A stretch of DNA of 64,000 nucleotides from Savitreella phatthalungensis (lineage: Eukaryota), in contig AP039701.1 in assembly GCA_051599415.1 (NCBI GenBank), positions 372,001 through 436,000 of the forward strand. The letters run 5' to 3'. Below, piece after piece: positions 61,494-64,000 of this stretch (position 1 is its first letter; each line of letters opens with the position of its first letter). Below the pieces are notes generated by a model. It searched no databases, was not told where the DNA came from, and saw only the letters and a list, made by a program, of their open reading frames with translations. The position numbers and the translations under genes are program-made.

Positions 61494-63170
61494 TCATCTT
61501 TTGAATCGAGATAATTGTCCCACGCGAAGCGCACCTCCCTGTAATTCACAACGGCTTTCTGCGTCAAGGTGCGAAATAGCGTCTTGCGAGCTCAAGTGCA
61601 ACAACAAGTCTCTAAGTTCCTCTTTGAGCTCGTCTCGCTCTAGCTCGATGGATCGTTCCTTCTGCTGCTGAGCGTCCAATTGATGTTCCAGATAGAGAAT
61701 GCGTTGCATCAAAGAGTCATTGATACTTTTTTCCTCTTTGTACTGCTGTTCAAGCCGTCGGGCGAGGCCCGCCAGACTGAGCGCCCGGGTCTCACTTTTC
61801 TGGCTTGCCGTGCGTGAGGCAGCACATTCCTGTTTGCTTTCCTGGAGCCTGGCCTCGCTTGAGCTTCTGCTAAGCTGGAGCTGCTCAATCTTGCTGCTGA
61901 GAGTTCCGAGTTCCTTCGCCTGTGCACTGGCCCTGGCAGCCGCCGTCCTGACTTGATCCTCGTAGTATAACCTTTGGGACTCGAGTTGAGTGGCCAAAAG
62001 CTGCTCAAACTCACTCCCACCGTCCGTATGGTCGCTTTCGAGCTTGCCCTGCCAGAAGCTCTGCTTAGATGCGCTTGGCTTCGCATCCATCTTTTCCTGC
62101 ACTAGCCTGTGGACATATGCATCGCTTGCGTAATCCCAGATGCGGCCCGACTCCAAATCCATTGCAAAGGCGTGTTCGCACGCTGTAAAGTGTGCGATCG
62201 CATGCTGACTCTCGTATCGCCCACAGGCGACATTGCCGCAGATTAAACACATCCAAAGGTTCTTCTCGGCTAGACAGATATTGCAAGCCTGCGGCTCCTT
62301 CGACTCTAGCACAGCGCGGGCGTTACTGAAGCGACACACAGGACAGGTGGACTGAGTTTCGACCCATTTGCGGATGCAGGAGCAATGAAAAGTGTGGTCA
62401 CATAGAATGGTGAGAAGTCCCGTGACTGAGTCATCCATCCGCTCAAGACAAATGACGCAGGTAGGCAGCTCTACCAGGGCTCCTGTCGCGGGTGGCAGCG
62501 GACGAATGACGGTATTCTCTCCATTCGCTGCGTGGTGTTGAGAATGATCATCGCGTGCAACGATGCGAGGAAATGCTTCAGGCTCAAGGATCGACCCCTG
62601 GAAGCTGAGGCTTCTTATGCGAACGACGTGGCATGTCTCGGCATCGATAGAGTTGAAGGCCTTACCATTGTAGTCATTGCGAAAAGCCTTAGCATCTTTT
62701 GCACGTCGGAACCGGATCAATCCCATGAAGCGATTGAGTTTCGCAGTGCGGACCAAGCGAATGTTCGCCATGCCAGACACGTAGCCACCAAAGAATCCGA
62801 GGAGATCTGCGGTCGTCATGTATGACGGAACCGCCAAAATAGCAACGACGTGCTGCGCACGTATAAGATCATCTGCGCCATCCTTTATGCAACCTGTGGT
62901 TTCGGATTGCTCACCTTCCTTGTATAGATGAACAACACCCGCGCCAAGGTCGACGCTCTCGCTCTGATCCGGTTGATAGACTCCCTGAAGAGACGGCATT
63001 GCTAAATAATCGATCGTAAGCCCTGCGTATCGGGGCGATGGAGTAACCTGCTTCACTGAAGCCTTGCTGAGCAGTTCGCGCAGTCGCGATGGATGCGCGA
63101 ATACACTGACGGTGTCAATTTCTTTCACTGCCTCGCTGACTTGGATTGACAAACGATACACAACGCTCAT
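61494..63170 (-). CDS. ETP1: BRAP2/Etp1 RING and ZnF-UBP ubiquitin ligase
   Basis: ILAVPSYMTTADLLGF, YNGKAFNSIDAETCHV, RING ELPTCVICLERMD...CDHTFHCSC...CPVCR, ZnF-UBP LWMCLICGNVACGRY...WDYASDAYVHRL, C-terminal coiled coil. Confidence 0.93.
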   Translation of the reverse strand: MSVVYRLSIQVSEAVKEIDTVSVFAHPSRLRELLSKASVKQVTPSPRYAGLTIDYLAMPSLQGVYQPDQSESVDLGAGVVHLYKEGEQSETTGCIKDGADDLIRAQHVVAILAVPSYMTTADLLGFFGGYVSGMANIRLVRTAKLNRFMGLIRFRRAKDAKAFRNDYNGKAFNSIDAETCHVVRIRSLSFQGSILEPEAFPRIVARDDHSQHHAANGENTVIRPLPPATGALVELPTCVICLERMDDSVTGLLTILCDHTFHCSCIRKWVETQSTCPVCRFSNARAVLESKEPQACNICLAEKNLWMCLICGNVACGRYESQHAIAHFTACEHAFAMDLESGRIWDYASDAYVHRLVQEKMDAKPSASKQSFWQGKLESDHTDGGSEFEQLLATQLESQRLYYEDQVRTAAARASAQAKELGTLSSKIEQLQLSRSSSEARLQESKQECAASRTASQKSETRALSLAGLARRLEQQYKEEKSINDSLMQRILYLEHQLDAQQQKERSIELERDELKEELRDLLLHLSSQDAISHLDAESRCELQGGALRVGQLSRFKR

Positions 63171-63534
63171 GTGGGACAAGCTGTTCCCGTTGATGTGGAC
63201 GAGATTTTGTGCATTGGATCAGCCCACAACAGGTTACAGCTACCGACCACTGTGGTTTACACACGCGATGCAATATATTATGGATAAAAGATTTGCGACT
63301 GTATATCCTACGCACACAGTTAGGACTCTCGGCGAATCGTCTGCAAGCCGCAGATGTAGGCTGGGACGATATAAGGCTTGCAGGACATGGCCCTTTCGGC
63401 TAGGACACGAAATAGTCAGCGGAATCGTCACTTATGTGACCTCGTTATTCATGTGATCGTTGACTGATCCCCTGATGACTTTCTCGTACGTAAGTGAGAC
63501 GACCGGGTCGCTTCCTCACCTCTTTCTTCACGTT

Positions 63535-63997
63535 AGTAGACTCCCATAGCAGAGATTCAATTTCTCTTCCGTGACAAGGACGCAATCTGTGGAGCCGGCT
63601 GCATATGGAAACCTGGATACCTGCGCAAAGAAAGCTCAGGTCCGCGCTTTCTGTGGTCCAGGTGTGGCGTACCAAAGCGACCGGGTTGGAGCAGTGGAGC
63701 TCCCAACATAGCGTCTCGTTCTCCTAGGTCTCGACGCGAGAACTGACAGTCTCCATTGGCCATCTACATTGGAAAATATCACATCCTGCAGGTCAATTGA
63801 TTTCAGCTAGCGACCTCACTAGGTGGGGTTCCGGAGGCGTGCATACCGACGCCGTTTCACCATGCCCTGGAGACCCCGCGGCTTTATCTCGGTCCTGTTG
63901 ACTCCAATCATCTGTGTGCAATCAGAAAATAAGATTTGAATCTGGGCGTGGGCTTGACCCTGGTTCTGTTGCACGTGGATCTGAGACGGGAGTCACT
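63535..63997 (+). ncRNA. Candidate large structured non-coding RNA, identity unknown; may extend beyond the window
   Basis: At least nine mutually compatible nested helices found by eye, with many G-U pairs that work only on the + strand; no convincing ORF. Confidence 0.5.
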
Positions 63998-64000
63998 CCA

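Noticed and set aside
61479..61520. Stop-codon readthrough of NUP98 into Nup96
   Set aside because: The sequence after TAA is the antisense strand of ETP1 and reaches another stop within about ten codons; no Nup96-like sequence.
63400..63510. Resemblance to budding-yeast U3 snoRNA (GGAATCGTCACT, TGATGA, AGTGAG)
   Set aside because: The universally conserved box A (GGATCATTTCT) and a downstream box C are missing, and the matching part is the poorly conserved hinge; treated as chance.
63475..63710. 59-aa spliced ORF (MTFSY|QRFNF...) using intron 63490-63549
   Set aside because: No recognisable homology and a weak branch point; the extensive RNA pairing explains the region better.
63600..63960. 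RNase P/MRP-like fragments (GGAAACCTGG, GACAGTCTCC, GGGCTTGA)
   Set aside because: No properly ordered, complementary CR-I/CR-V pair able to form P4; not enough to name the RNA.
1..64000. tRNA, rRNA or spliceosomal snRNA genes
   Set aside because: No cloverleaf with A/B boxes, no rRNA signature and no U1/U2/U5/U6 hallmark sequence was seen by eye; a tRNAscan-SE or cmscan run would be needed to exclude them.

Overview
Gene-dense, intron-poor fungal (ascomycete) nuclear DNA. Protein styles, very short GT-AG introns with CTGAC branch points and a PTS2-bearing peroxisomal thiolase suggest a Taphrinomycotina-like, non-Schizosaccharomyces yeast (inference). About 24 protein genes are supported: TRAX (partial), mitochondrial S7, HECT E3, GIT1-like MFS, an orphan, GH128, DUF3429, VPS13, a MEF2-type MADS factor, SOD1, UFD2, a USP-domain protein, UTP14 (split across two frames), POT1, a SET methyltransferase, CDC24/Scd1, a MYST HAT, a Uds1-domain protein, RAD6, FTase beta, VPH1, NUP98 and ETP1/BRAP2. 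There is also a complete 1.9 kb pogo/Fot1 DNA transposon with TIRs and a TA target duplication. The most notable unexplained signals are: (1) a ~460 nt nested, G-U-rich RNA fold at the right end of the window with no matching ORF; (2) an unusually long, heavily structured SOD1 intron with an internal alternative donor; (3) a NUP98 gene that stops exactly at its autoproteolytic HF site, with no Nup96; (4) the UTP14 frame break; (5) a transposase without an AUG start; (6) recurrent alternating purine-pyrimidine tracts in intergenic DNA. All family calls come from motif recognition and all base pairings were found by eye; no searches or folding programs were run.
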